Part shown: positions 27,850 to 38,050 of the stretch, piece after piece
Numbering within the stretch: position 1 is the first letter of the stretch
How the letters are laid out: each line of letters begins with the position of its first letter
Assembly (NCBI GenBank): GCA_048128005.1
Contig: JBEUKZ010000010.1
Span: 806,001 to 870,000, forward strand
Origin: Veleropilina oligotropha
Taxonomy: Eukaryota
Reading direction: 5' to 3'
DNA length: 64,000 nucleotides
Translations under genes and position numbers: made by a program
The notes under the pieces: model-generated
Databases searched by the model: none
Seen by the model: only the letters and a program-made list of their open reading frames with translations
Told to the model about the DNA's origin: nothing

Positions 27850-28730
27850 CTTCCCATGGCTACTCTCTATCTGGCTCTGTCATAGGGACCCCCTCCAATC
27901 TGTCGCATGTTGATAGACATAGCGTGCTGCCAGATTTTCATTTGTCTGCCGTCAGGAGGTCGCCCATCCACGAAAAACATGGTGCAGTCAGTCGGCGTTG
28001 TCCTTCCGCTCCAAACCATCTCTGTCTACTCCTCTAGCTTCACAACGTCAACAACCGCCTCCACCCCTAGCCGTCTCCCCAATGCCTCACTCGTCAGTCC
28101 ATCCCACAGAGACACGTCACACATCCACCTGATCAGGCTCATCTCCGTTCTTTCCAATTTCATGTCATGGTCTACCCTCATGGCCAATGGGCCGCAACCG
28201 TAAAGCAAGCAACATCTGACACATGCCGTGTAGGCCTACACTTGGCCGTTCATCTTCAGGGGTGGTACATTTGGTGTTAGGAATGGTGGCAACTCTCTGA
28301 ACCGCTTACACGCTCGACGTCACAGCTACGTTTCTCTGGATTTCCTCAGGCGATAATATGGACATGTCCTTCTTTGAACCAAATGATGGTTGGAAATATA
28401 CAGGATATTAAGCATCGATTCTTTCCTTTCCTTGTTTCATACCCATCACCATCCATCTCCAGTCCCTCCTCACCCACCAGTGGAACCTCTCCCCTACATC
28501 TTCTGCACACGAACGTCGCAATGCAGGCTGCCTTTGACTCCAATACAATTCTTGTGGACCCACTTTCCGCATGCCGTACACCTTAGCGAGTTGGCGGCTA
28601 CCCCACTTGCACACACTCCACATGAACATGCACCGGACTCCGATACCGCTCCACTGGCGTCACTGCTAACCATGTTCGACATTGCGGCGTTCACCTTCAG
28701 CCAATTGCCCACAAGGCACCTCCGATACTC
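27850..28730 (-). mobile_element. Decayed RTE-clade LINE fragment split by a SINE fragment
   Basis: CGVCASGVAANSLRCTACGKWVHKNC and LYGC...LERTEMSLIRWMCDVS translations. Confidence 0.7.
28338..28430 (+). mobile_element. SINE family A 3' fragment
   Basis: cgataatatggacatgtcc...aaatatacaggatattaagcatc plus pyrimidine tail. Confidence 0.7.
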
Positions 28731-28773
28731 CTCTAGCTTCCTTCTCGGCTCCTCTATGGATGGTGCAGTGAAG

Positions 28774-28969
28774 GGAGGGAGGAATGATGCTTAATGTCCT
28801 GTATATTTACAACATCGCGGTTCAAGGCAGGACATGTCCGTGTTATCGCGGGAGGAAACCCTGGTCGCCCGGGTAAACCCGCCCTCTTCGGCCAGTCACG
28901 GACAACTGTGATTCATAACTTGAACAAATTTCAATGCCTCAACCAGGTATTGAACCCACTACTGTTCGC
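28774..28969 (-). mobile_element. SINE family A, 5'-truncated, perfect 13-bp TSD
   Basis: TSD tggtgcagtgaag at 28761-28773 and 28970-28982. Confidence 0.88.
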
Positions 28970-30149
28970 TGGTGCAGTGAAGCCAAATGTCGGTTACATG
29001 ATTGTTAATTAACAAAAGCATTAATATATCTCATTTCATATTAATAAATTTAAAGGCAAATCATAATATTTTGTTTTTCCATGAGGGTGGCGAAAAATAA
29101 GGGCGCCCGCCCTAAAATTTATAATACACGATGAAAAGGATGTAAGATGGCACGCTAAAAGCATCGCATTTGCAGCCTCAAAACGCACGAGAAGCTGTTC
29201 CACAGCAGTATTATGTATATGTTGTAATGTAAACTTGAGATCCCCCTCCAAAAAATGAAACTCTTTGTATAGCTCTTATCACATTTTGGGTCATAACAGG
29301 ACATGTACATATTATCCCGCAAGTGTATATTCCAAATTGTATTCATGGCCAAGTATGCTCCCAGCAAGTTATATTCGAACCTCTCTTCACAAAATCCTGG
29401 CTACGGCCCTGAAAATGGCAATCAAACGTATAATTACCAACATGGTGATCAGCTGCCATTCCTCGTGAATTACTTGTGTCAATTCCTGTATGCAGATGAT
29501 GCTGCTGCCATCTATTAATATCGAACGACTGACAATGGCATGATCATCGAAATGTGGAACAACGACGTTATCCACTACGTTTTGTAAATAACATTGACCA
29601 TTGGGCGTCTAGGCATGGGCGAATCCGGGGGGGGGGAGTGGATACGATCAACCACTTTTTTTTAAAGTCATAATTTTGATGGTAATAAATATAGCGCTTT
29701 GCACTGTCCTAATGCAGGTGAGAGGGTTTCATACCGTTAATTGTCCAAATTTTCCTTGCGCGCGTGGTCACATCCCCAAGCGAACAGTTTATAGTATATT
29801 TCCTAATAAAGTTGACCGCCACATTTTCAAACTTCTACATCTGCCCCTGCCAGGTATTGTAATGAGGTCCAACTTTCCGATATGGAAAACGCCACTTCCC
29901 ATCCATCACAGGAGTTCCTGTACAAGTTCGATTACATGGATCGCATCATGGTAATATGCCTCATTACACAGAGAACCATTGATCTTCCTTGGTTTTTCAA
30001 GTCTTTGGCGATACTTTCTTTCATTCTTTCCCTCACCGGTTCTTATTCACAAGTCGATCAACAACCTCTTTGTTAATGTTCAATCTAGCTGTGCGTAATG
30101 CTTACCAATAATTTGCCGTCTTGTATTTACTAATAGTCTAGATCATGCA

Positions 30150-30377
30150 TGTCAAGAAAAGTTACTGAACTCACCTGGCATGTCTAGATTATCGCGGGAG
30201 ACAATTCCTGTAGCACGGAAACACCCGCATTGTCCGGCCATTTTTGGACAACTGTGACTGGCTACGCAGCGAAGAATGCCATTGTCCCATGGTCACCAAC
30301 CGAAGTTCTTATGTATTACTGTCAAGTAAATGAATTCAATGCCCACACTCTTATCCACTCGGCTACCGGAGTGGCGC
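30150..30377 (-). mobile_element. SINE family A-related diverged copy inside the TIR element
   Basis: attatcgcgggag...ggacaactgtgactg...atccactcggctaccggagtggc. Confidence 0.6.
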
Positions 30378-30512
30378 CTGAGGAAATTAATTAAAATGCA
30401 CACACAATTTAATGTAAGTCGCACTAACAATTTAAGCTTTGTTAATGTTTTCATAGTAGCACGCAATATGTTACATTTACAATTTCAATACCTAATATTT
30501 GGTTTTCAATCA

Positions 30513-30755
30513 TGATGCTTACTATCCTGATTTTAACGCTCTAGCAGAACATGTCCATATTATAACGAGAATAAAGCCCGGTCGCCCGTGAAAACCCGTC
30601 AAATCCGATCAGTTATGGACAACTTTGACTGATACCGTAACTGAACGTAGAATGTCATAGCCTCAACCATGGATCAAACCCACTCACGTTTGACGGCGCA
30701 ATCAAGCGAGTGAATTCGGAGACCGCAGTCGTATCCACTCGCCGACCAGAGCGGC
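30513..30755 (-). mobile_element. SINE family A-related diverged copy inside the TIR element
   Basis: gatgctta...acatgtccatatt...cccggtcgcccg...ggacaact...atccactcgccgaccagagcggc. Confidence 0.65.
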
Positions 30756-30781
30756 GTATTGCGAAATTAATTAAAATATAC

Positions 30782-31493
30782 GTATATGTTACTAACCGAG
30801 TTGGAGGTATTCATCGATTTGAAAGACCTGCGCCCGTGCGGATCGTGACACCGAGACCGCGGAGCGGTCGAGGTGTTACAGCATGGAAGCAGGTCTTTCA
30901 AATAGATGAATACCGACTAACGAGGTTTGTAACCGACTTACACAACGGCCAATTATAGCTCCTTTGTTGTCAATTTAGCTTGTGATCAGCTTTAGCCGTC
31001 TTGCATGGACGCAGGTCGGTATAGAGTGTAAAGTAGGTTGGTATGGCTATACCACCCTACTTTTGAATCGTCATTGAAAACAAGGTGTTCACGCTGAATA
31101 CCAACCTCTTCAAAACAAAAGAGCCGTTGTGTAAACACATTTACACAACGGCTCTTTTGTTTTGAAGAGGTTGGTATTCAGCGTGAACACCTTGTTTTCA
31201 ATGACGATTCAAAAGTAGGGTGGTATAGCCATACCAACCTACTTTTCACTCTATACCGACCTGCGTCCGTGCAAGACGGCTAAAGCTCATCACAAGCTAA
31301 ATTGACAACAAAGGAGCTATAATTGGCCGTTGTGTAAGTCGGTTACAAACCTCGTTAGTCGGTATTCATCTATTTGAAAGACCTGCTTCCGTGCTGTAAC
31401 ACCTCGACCGCTCCGCGGTCTCGGTGTCACGATCCGCACGGGCGCAGGTCTTTCAAATCGATGAATACCTCCAACTCGGTTAGTAACCTATAC
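30782..31493. mobile_element. Near-perfect ~700-bp palindromic MITE with a nested hairpin in each arm
   Basis: Positions pair with sum 62275 around a 4-nt loop (31136-31139); 30788-30933 and 31342-31487 are themselves hairpins. Confidence 0.9.
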
Positions 31494-33756
31494 ATATAAA
31501 TCCACTCGCCAAACAGAGCGGCGCATTAAGAAATTAATTAAAATATTCAAGCATAAATAAATAATTATAGAGAAATTTAGTAAATTGTTATAACAATTTA
31601 GTTAAATTGTAATAACAATTTAGTTCAGTCGTTACTGGTGTCCTTAATAGGCTTTCGTACGATGATGATGTAGCGTTGTGAAATTGTGTATGCTTGACTA
31701 AGTTTTTCTAATCATAACGATGTTATGAATGTAAATATCAACCCTTCATTTCGACAGGTATTCGAGCATGCAATAATATATACTTGTATACACTTTTTTT
31801 GGTGAAGGGGGTTGCGTATGAATTAAAGCACCTTCGTGAATCGGTCATGGAATTATGGTAAATCGTCGATCATTTATATTATTCTGTATATGCATTGTAT
31901 ACCGAATTTTGATCAAACAATGCATTTATAATATAACACAAAAAATAATATAACATAAAAAGAGGAAGAAATCGCTAATAGTATTTAGGGATTAGTTCCT
32001 TTTCCAAATAGCAATGATGAACGGCGATATTTTTTATCTTTAAATGCAATCGTATAATTTATTAAGCGCCGTCACTGTCAGCATATCATGCTCTTCCTGA
32101 TGGTCTAATTCCTTTACCATTCAACAAGCAAATATTAATCTGTAATGTTTGGATTCTTTATATCTTCATAGATTTCGTTAACGATTTATTGGTACTGGGC
32201 AGAACATCCCTTGTTCAAATAAACATTTCCTCTTATTGGTTCAATATACATAACATGTTAATAGACAAACGGCTTATGAAGGGAATCATGACGGAATTCT
32301 GTAAACATTGTGGTTACCTTTGATCAAAATAGAGATCGATGAGATTGAATGAATATGCTAATATTCCGCTGTGACAGTACGCTATCCGTATGATATCATA
32401 TTTTGTGATGCTGACGCGGTACCACGTGCTGTCGTCTGCTCAGTAAGACGGGTGTGGCTTCCATTTGATTTGAAGATATTCTCTGATATAGGTTAGTACC
32501 GTTAATTGCGCGATTAGACCAACGTTGTTGTAAGTTGTGGGTTGTATGTACTGACGGCTGTTCGGAAGTTATGTCAAGGTAAAAATTAGTGTTTTTGTTT
32601 TTGGAGAAGGTAAGAATAGAACATTGTAGGCAAGCAACGCAATTTGCTGATTTTGAATATACTATAATGTTTGATATAATATGTACTGAATTGTTCAATA
32701 CAATATATTTAATCTTTTTGACAGCGGTTGTTAAAAGTCTTATCTATATCAAATATACTTACGTCCTTACTAATGCCATAATAAGCCTATTATCGCTAAA
32801 TCCGGACAAGGTGGAAATGGTAATTTGCACTTCTTTTAGTAAATTGAACCCAGCTGACCCCCTGACCTGCTCGACCTCCTCCAGTTCATGTCCAGTAAGA
32901 GCTCGCCAACTCCCGCGAGATCTTCTTGACCAAGGGTCAAGACCTCATCCGAAGTTTTCCGCTCGATTGAACAAGTCGCGTTTTGCTTTGCTCCACAATC
33001 TTTGTGATTTTTCGATCTTTTTTGAGCTCGATTTTAATAATCTATCAGCTCATAAGATTTAGTATAGTGTTGTGAACACGTTTAGTGGAAAGTCGAGAGT
33101 CTCTTCCTGAATAAGACGCCTTCTTAGAAGTTTTCCTGTCTTCAAAAGGACAAAAACGAAATCGACACCCTCCATTGACGACGCCATCTTGGAATTCTGA
33201 AAAGACAGAAAAGAGGCCGCTCAGAGGGATATTTAAAGAAGGAAGCTCCCTAGCAATTACTACGGAGTCAGGATAAGAGAGTTGATTATTGATATTGCTT
33301 GAATTTGCTTTGCATTTCATTTATATATACGATAATTCCTCAACGACTTTTTTCTTGCTATAAATTTATGTAATAAAATTTATCGTCGTTGAAAAGCAGA
33401 TTATTTAGAATTTAACTAGCGTTATTTTGGTAAATCTGCTAAATCGGGGATAGCACGCCGAATTCTAACAAATTGATATATATACATCCAAGAGGTTTTT
33501 AGGTGTAAAAGGGCGGTTTCTTAAGAAGAAAGACCTCCCGTTTCTCAATTCGTTGCCCGACTGGTTTTTAAAAAAGTAAAAATATAAAGTCGGTGTTTTT
33601 GGGCGTATAATCCGCCGTAAGTTCTAAGCGTATTTCAGCCTTTTCCTACTCTCGGATCAGGTACAATCGAGGTTGTAGTAGTAATTTGGTAAACTACCCG
33701 GGAAATACCCTTATCACTTTAAAAACCCTATCTCCTACCTACCCGTGTGTGTAGCT

Positions 33757-35976
33757 ATGAAGCATTGCAGTGTTTCCGAGTGCCGACAGAAAATCCGTGG
33801 TTTTGACAAGCACTCCGAATGCACTTTTCACCGTGTATGTTCTAGCGATAAGGACCATCCATGTGGGCATTGCGTAACACTGACGAGTCGGCAGTGGGAG
33901 ACTCTTTTCCCTTCGGAGAAGACAACCAGGGTATCTTCTTCCGAGGGGGCATCCACCGAGAAGCTCCAGAGGCTAGAGACAGGTTTTAACCCTTCACTTT
34001 CTCTTTCAGACCCTCTTGATGGTAGCCGTGGTGGGCCCGACGACACCTCCGAGACTTTGGGGAAAGTCCCGGAATCGTCGGGATCTCAGATTCAGGTAAG
34101 GGACCGAGTTCCGACCGATACCTCTCCTTTGGGCCTAGTAACCGCTGCTCAAAGTATCTTGCCGGCCAGTGAGATACATCGAGCGCCGCGGCGAAAAGCT
34201 GTACAGGGCAGACAAAACCTTACCTCTCCTCCGGCCTCGGAGGAGCAAGGCAGCGTTAGTCCTTCTGTGAGTCAAGTAACCTCTGAAAAGAGGCGAAGGA
34301 GACTAGCAGAAAAAGTCGATACAGTTGCTGGGCACCACGACCGTGGTCGAAGTCCCAGACGCTCGACGCAACCCGTCCTCTCGTCCGACAATGGCGCTAG
34401 CTTAAAGGCTAATATCGCCACTGTCGGAGCCCACGAGAGTGATGGAAGGCCAACCTCCTCTGACGGTTCTTTTCAAGACGTCCCGGGTGGTGTGGTAGGA
34501 TCGGCTGCGTTCGGGGCTGAGGCGTACGGCGGGTATACCCCCGTGCCTCACCCGAGCAGGGTTACAGACCCGTATGGACTGTGGTCGCAGTCTTACGGGT
34601 CGCTCGCTCCGTTTAACGCGCCTCCGGGCCGTTTCCCTGGTAGCGGTTTCCCGACAGGTAACCCGAGTCCCTGGTACTCGGCTCCACCTGTCCGTGCAGC
34701 CCGTCCCCCATGCGCTACGGTAACCTCGAGCGGACCAATGGCTGTTGGTCCGACGTCCGTCATGCCTCCGGGTTTCTCTCTTGAGAGCGTCCAGGCAATG
34801 ATTGCGATGGAAGTCGAGGCACGTTGTAGGTCCTGGCAACCGGCTACCCAGCCGCCCCAGGTCCCAACGTCTCTGACCGTAACGCCGGGCTCGGCTCATG
34901 CTTCGGTGATGGAAGTCGATCCTCGTTCCGACGAGGACAGTGCTTCCACTCACTCTGACCTCCCTGAATCGGTCGGACCGGACGACTCTTGTAGTCAGTC
35001 GGGCACGCATGAGACCATCTCCGCCACCCGCAGAAGATACGACGCTGTCGCGTCGCTTCGCGGGGTGCTAGACTTGCCCGACCCGGCTCTGCCGGTAGGC
35101 TTCGTCAGGCACAGCACAGCGGCACGTCGATTTGATGGGCCGGAAGCCCCCCTGCTTCCTACCCTACCCCAGTCTGGGTTGGTCTCGCTCATCCTCGACT
35201 CGGCGACCAAATCCATTCAGGGACCCAAATCGGTGGAGACTTCCTCATTAACAGAGTACCCTCGTGGTCTCCGTAAAGGGAAGTACCTCCGACCCGGTAA
35301 GCGTCCGATTTCGATTGGATGCTCTGGGGCGTGTCTGGAGACTGAGCCGGTTCAGATCGATGCAGCGATGCGTCGACTGTCGGCCAGCACAGCTCCCTCA
35401 GTGGTCAAAGTCCCATGGGTCGCCATGGAGGGCTTTGAGAGCTCCGCTCGTCGGGCTCTACGGCATGCCTCTATCCAGGATTTTTTCCTAGACGGAGCCA
35501 TTACCGTACTACAAGAGAACGGACCCCGCGCTCGTGAGATCGCACTGTCCTTTCTCGAAGAGGTTGCCGCCTCCACGGAGCACTCCGCGTCGGAGTCAGC
35601 CCGATCCTTAGGCAATGCTGTCCTACTTCGTAGAGACGCTTGCCTAGACGGCACCACGCTAGATGACGCCACCCGGCAGTCTCTACGTTGTGTACCGTTG
35701 TCGGCCTCTACTCTCTTCGGAGACAAATTCCCCGAATTTGTCGAGAAGCGAGCGGCTGACCTCAAGGATCGCGCAATCGAGAAGGCAGTCTTGGCTACTC
35801 CTCGGAGCACGCCGACTGCTACCTCTAGGAAGCGCTCGAGACCGTCCCGGTCTCATACGCCTTCCAAGCGTGTTAAACCTTCGCCGGGTCGGCCTTCTCA
35901 GGCCAATAAACCTGTCGCGAAGAAAACACCTCCGACGAAATCCCGTCAGAGCGGGAGAGGGAAGCCGCGGCCCTAG
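33757..35976 (+). CDS. DIRS ORF1 (gag-like)
   Basis: ATG at 33757; N-terminal Cys/His cluster (CSVSEC..DKHSECTFHRVC..CGHC), helical C-terminal domain (LLRRDACL), basic tail; first ORF of the element. Confidence 0.85.
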   Translation: MKHCSVSECRQKIRGFDKHSECTFHRVCSSDKDHPCGHCVTLTSRQWETLFPSEKTTRVSSSEGASTEKLQRLETGFNPSLSLSDPLDGSRGGPDDTSETLGKVPESSGSQIQVRDRVPTDTSPLGLVTAAQSILPASEIHRAPRRKAVQGRQNLTSPPASEEQGSVSPSVSQVTSEKRRRRLAEKVDTVAGHHDRGRSPRRSTQPVLSSDNGASLKANIATVGAHESDGRPTSSDGSFQDVPGGVVGSAAFGAEAYGGYTPVPHPSRVTDPYGLWSQSYGSLAPFNAPPGRFPGSGFPTGNPSPWYSAPPVRAARPPCATVTSSGPMAVGPTSVMPPGFSLESVQAMIAMEVEARCRSWQPATQPPQVPTSLTVTPGSAHASVMEVDPRSDEDSASTHSDLPESVGPDDSCSQSGTHETISATRRRYDAVASLRGVLDLPDPALPVGFVRHSTAARRFDGPEAPLLPTLPQSGLVSLILDSATKSIQGPKSVETSSLTEYPRGLRKGKYLRPGKRPISIGCSGACLETEPVQIDAAMRRLSASTAPSVVKVPWVAMEGFESSARRALRHASIQDFFLDGAITVLQENGPRAREIALSFLEEVAASTEHSASESARSLGNAVLLRRDACLDGTTLDDATRQSLRCVPLSASTLFGDKFPEFVEKRAADLKDRAIEKAVLATPRSTPTATSRKRSRPSRSHTPSKRVKPSPGRPSQANKPVAKKTPPTKSRQSGRGKPRP

Positions 35977-38050
35977 GGTTGCCGGCGCTCGCGACGAGCT
36001 CAGTTGCACGCTTCCGCCGGTGGGAGCGTGTCTGTTAGAGTACAGCCTGTCCTGGCTGGAAATGACAGAGGACAACTGGGTTCACTCAGTCGTGAGTGCC
36101 GGATACAAGTTGGCATTCGACCGGCATCCAACCCTAGACGCGACACCACCACCAGGACGCGCTCGTCTCCTGATAGGAGAAAAACAAGCGGTCCTAGACC
36201 AGGCAGTGCGGGATTTACTCTCAAAGAGAGCGATCTATCCCGCGCCGCCCAGCACACCAGGATATTACAGCCACTTTTTCCTGGTCCCGAAACCCGACGG
36301 CCGTTGGCGACCGATCCTCGATCTGTCGTTCCTCAACCAGTATCTTCGTACCGAGAAGTTCAAGCAAGAAACACTCTCGAAGATACGAACGGCCATCCGT
36401 CCGGGCGACTGGGCAGCGTCTATCGACTTAACCGATGCGTACCTACACGTTCCGATGCATATCTCGGCTCACCGGTACCTACGGTTTGTTCACGGGGGAA
36501 CGATCTACCAGTTCAGGTGTCTACCGTTCGGTCTATCGTCAGCCCCGTACGTCTTCACGCGAGTAGTACAGGCTCTCGGGGCCTTCCTACACTCGCGAGG
36601 GCACAGAGTACACATGTACCTCGACGACTGGTTGATTCTCGGGGCGTCCCGGGATCAGTGCCTCCAGTCTATGAGCGTTACCCTGTCATCGGCGAAGCGC
36701 CTGGGATTACAGATCAACAACGACAAATCCTGCTTCGTGCCCTCGACGACGTTTATATTTCTAGGGGTCGAATTCGACACGGTCCGGTACACCGCGAAAC
36801 CGACTCAGAAACGTATAGAGAACCTACGCGCAGTTATACTAGAAACGAAGTCTTCACGGATAACTACAGCGCGACGACTGGCCACTGTCCTAGGGCACAT
36901 CGAGTCGGTAGCTCCCCTGTTACCGACAGGTCGCATGGACAAACGACCGTTGCAGCAGGCCTTCAAGGACCGCTGGATACAACGTACGGGACAGTGGACG
37001 GATCGCATCGATCTACGGCATTGGTTCAATCGCACGACAGCAGTGTGGTTGAACACTTCCCTGCCGAGCCAGTCGGTTCCAATATCCCCCCCAGAACCGA
37101 ACGCCTACCTCTTCATGGACGCGTCAAACGAGGGCTGGGGAGGTCACTTCGACAGTCACGAGACATCGGGCCTCTGGCCTACGGACCTTCAGGGACGACA
37201 CATCAACTTCCTAGAGTTAGAGGCCGTCTACCTGTCAGTACAGTCCCTCTCGTCACATCTCCGAAACAAGCACATAATGCTAGCAACGGACAACACGACT
37301 GTCGTCGCTTACATCCAGCACCAGGGCGGCACTCGCTCCCGTCCGCTTTGCGACCGAGCGATAGACCTGCACCGCCTAGTGATGTCACTCAACTCGTCAA
37401 TTCGAGCCCGACACATCCCGGGGAAGCTGAATGTCAGAGCGGATACGCTCTCTCGGAAAACACAGATTATTCACACAGAGTGGACGCTACACGCCCGTGT
37501 AGCCCGAGATGTCTGTCGCCTGTGGTCGACACCTCAAGTCGATTTATTCGCAACCGAATTCAATCACCGACTCCCTCTCTATGTGTCTCCTTACCCGGAC
37601 CCGGCCGCTATTGCAGTCGACGCTCTGTCAATGAGATGGGAGAATCTGATCGCCTACGCCTTCCCACCGTCGTGCATGTTGGCACAAGTACTACGGAAAG
37701 CGACCCGCGAAGACTGCGAGTTGACGCTAATAGCACCTCTACAACGAACGCAGTCCTGGTTTCCGACACTTCTGGATCTACTCATCGATCAGCCACGAGC
37801 GCTACCGCAGATGGCAGACCTGTTGTCTCAACCGCGCAGTCGGGTTCTACACCCGTCGGCGAACGAGTTTCACTTTCACGCCTGGCGACTATCGAGAGAT
37901 CGCTCATTAAGAAGGGCTTTTCTAGAGCGACAGCCCAGCGCATTTACCGATCTAGAAGACAATCTACGACAAGGGTATATGACTACCGATGGAAAAAGTT
38001 TGTGGATTGGTGTCGCGGGCGGCAAGTCAATATATTCCGCCCCCCTGTGA
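35663..38050 (+). CDS. DIRS pol: reverse transcriptase, RNase H and adenine-methyltransferase-like domain (true start uncertain)
   Basis: FLVPKPDGRWRPILDL, IDLTDAYLH, LPFGL, YLDD; FMDAS, INFLELEA, TDN, NVRADTLSR; VDLFA...YAFPP...LIAP. Confidence 0.93.
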   Translation: MTPPGSLYVVYRCRPLLSSETNSPNLSRSERLTSRIAQSRRQSWLLLGARRLLPLGSARDRPGLIRLPSVLNLRRVGLLRPINLSRRKHLRRNPVRAGEGSRGPRVAGARDELSCTLPPVGACLLEYSLSWLEMTEDNWVHSVVSAGYKLAFDRHPTLDATPPPGRARLLIGEKQAVLDQAVRDLLSKRAIYPAPPSTPGYYSHFFLVPKPDGRWRPILDLSFLNQYLRTEKFKQETLSKIRTAIRPGDWAASIDLTDAYLHVPMHISAHRYLRFVHGGTIYQFRCLPFGLSSAPYVFTRVVQALGAFLHSRGHRVHMYLDDWLILGASRDQCLQSMSVTLSSAKRLGLQINNDKSCFVPSTTFIFLGVEFDTVRYTAKPTQKRIENLRAVILETKSSRITTARRLATVLGHIESVAPLLPTGRMDKRPLQQAFKDRWIQRTGQWTDRIDLRHWFNRTTAVWLNTSLPSQSVPISPPEPNAYLFMDASNEGWGGHFDSHETSGLWPTDLQGRHINFLELEAVYLSVQSLSSHLRNKHIMLATDNTTVVAYIQHQGGTRSRPLCDRAIDLHRLVMSLNSSIRARHIPGKLNVRADTLSRKTQIIHTEWTLHARVARDVCRLWSTPQVDLFATEFNHRLPLYVSPYPDPAAIAVDALSMRWENLIAYAFPPSCMLAQVLRKATREDCELTLIAPLQRTQSWFPTLLDLLIDQPRALPQMADLLSQPRSRVLHPSANEFHFHAWRLSRDRSLRRAFLERQPSAFTDLEDNLRQGYMTTDGKSLWIGVAGGKSIYSAPL

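Larger units (their letters stand above)
27112..31659. mobile_element. Composite non-autonomous TIR element (IS3EU-like termini) carrying nested insertions
   Basis: Left tacggaagcgtatttaggtcatcagtaacgactaaactaa matches the reverse complement of the right end; near-TSD cgatgt/cgatga (5 of 6); ~21-bp subterminal tandem repeats aaattgttattacaatttggct. Confidence 0.6.
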
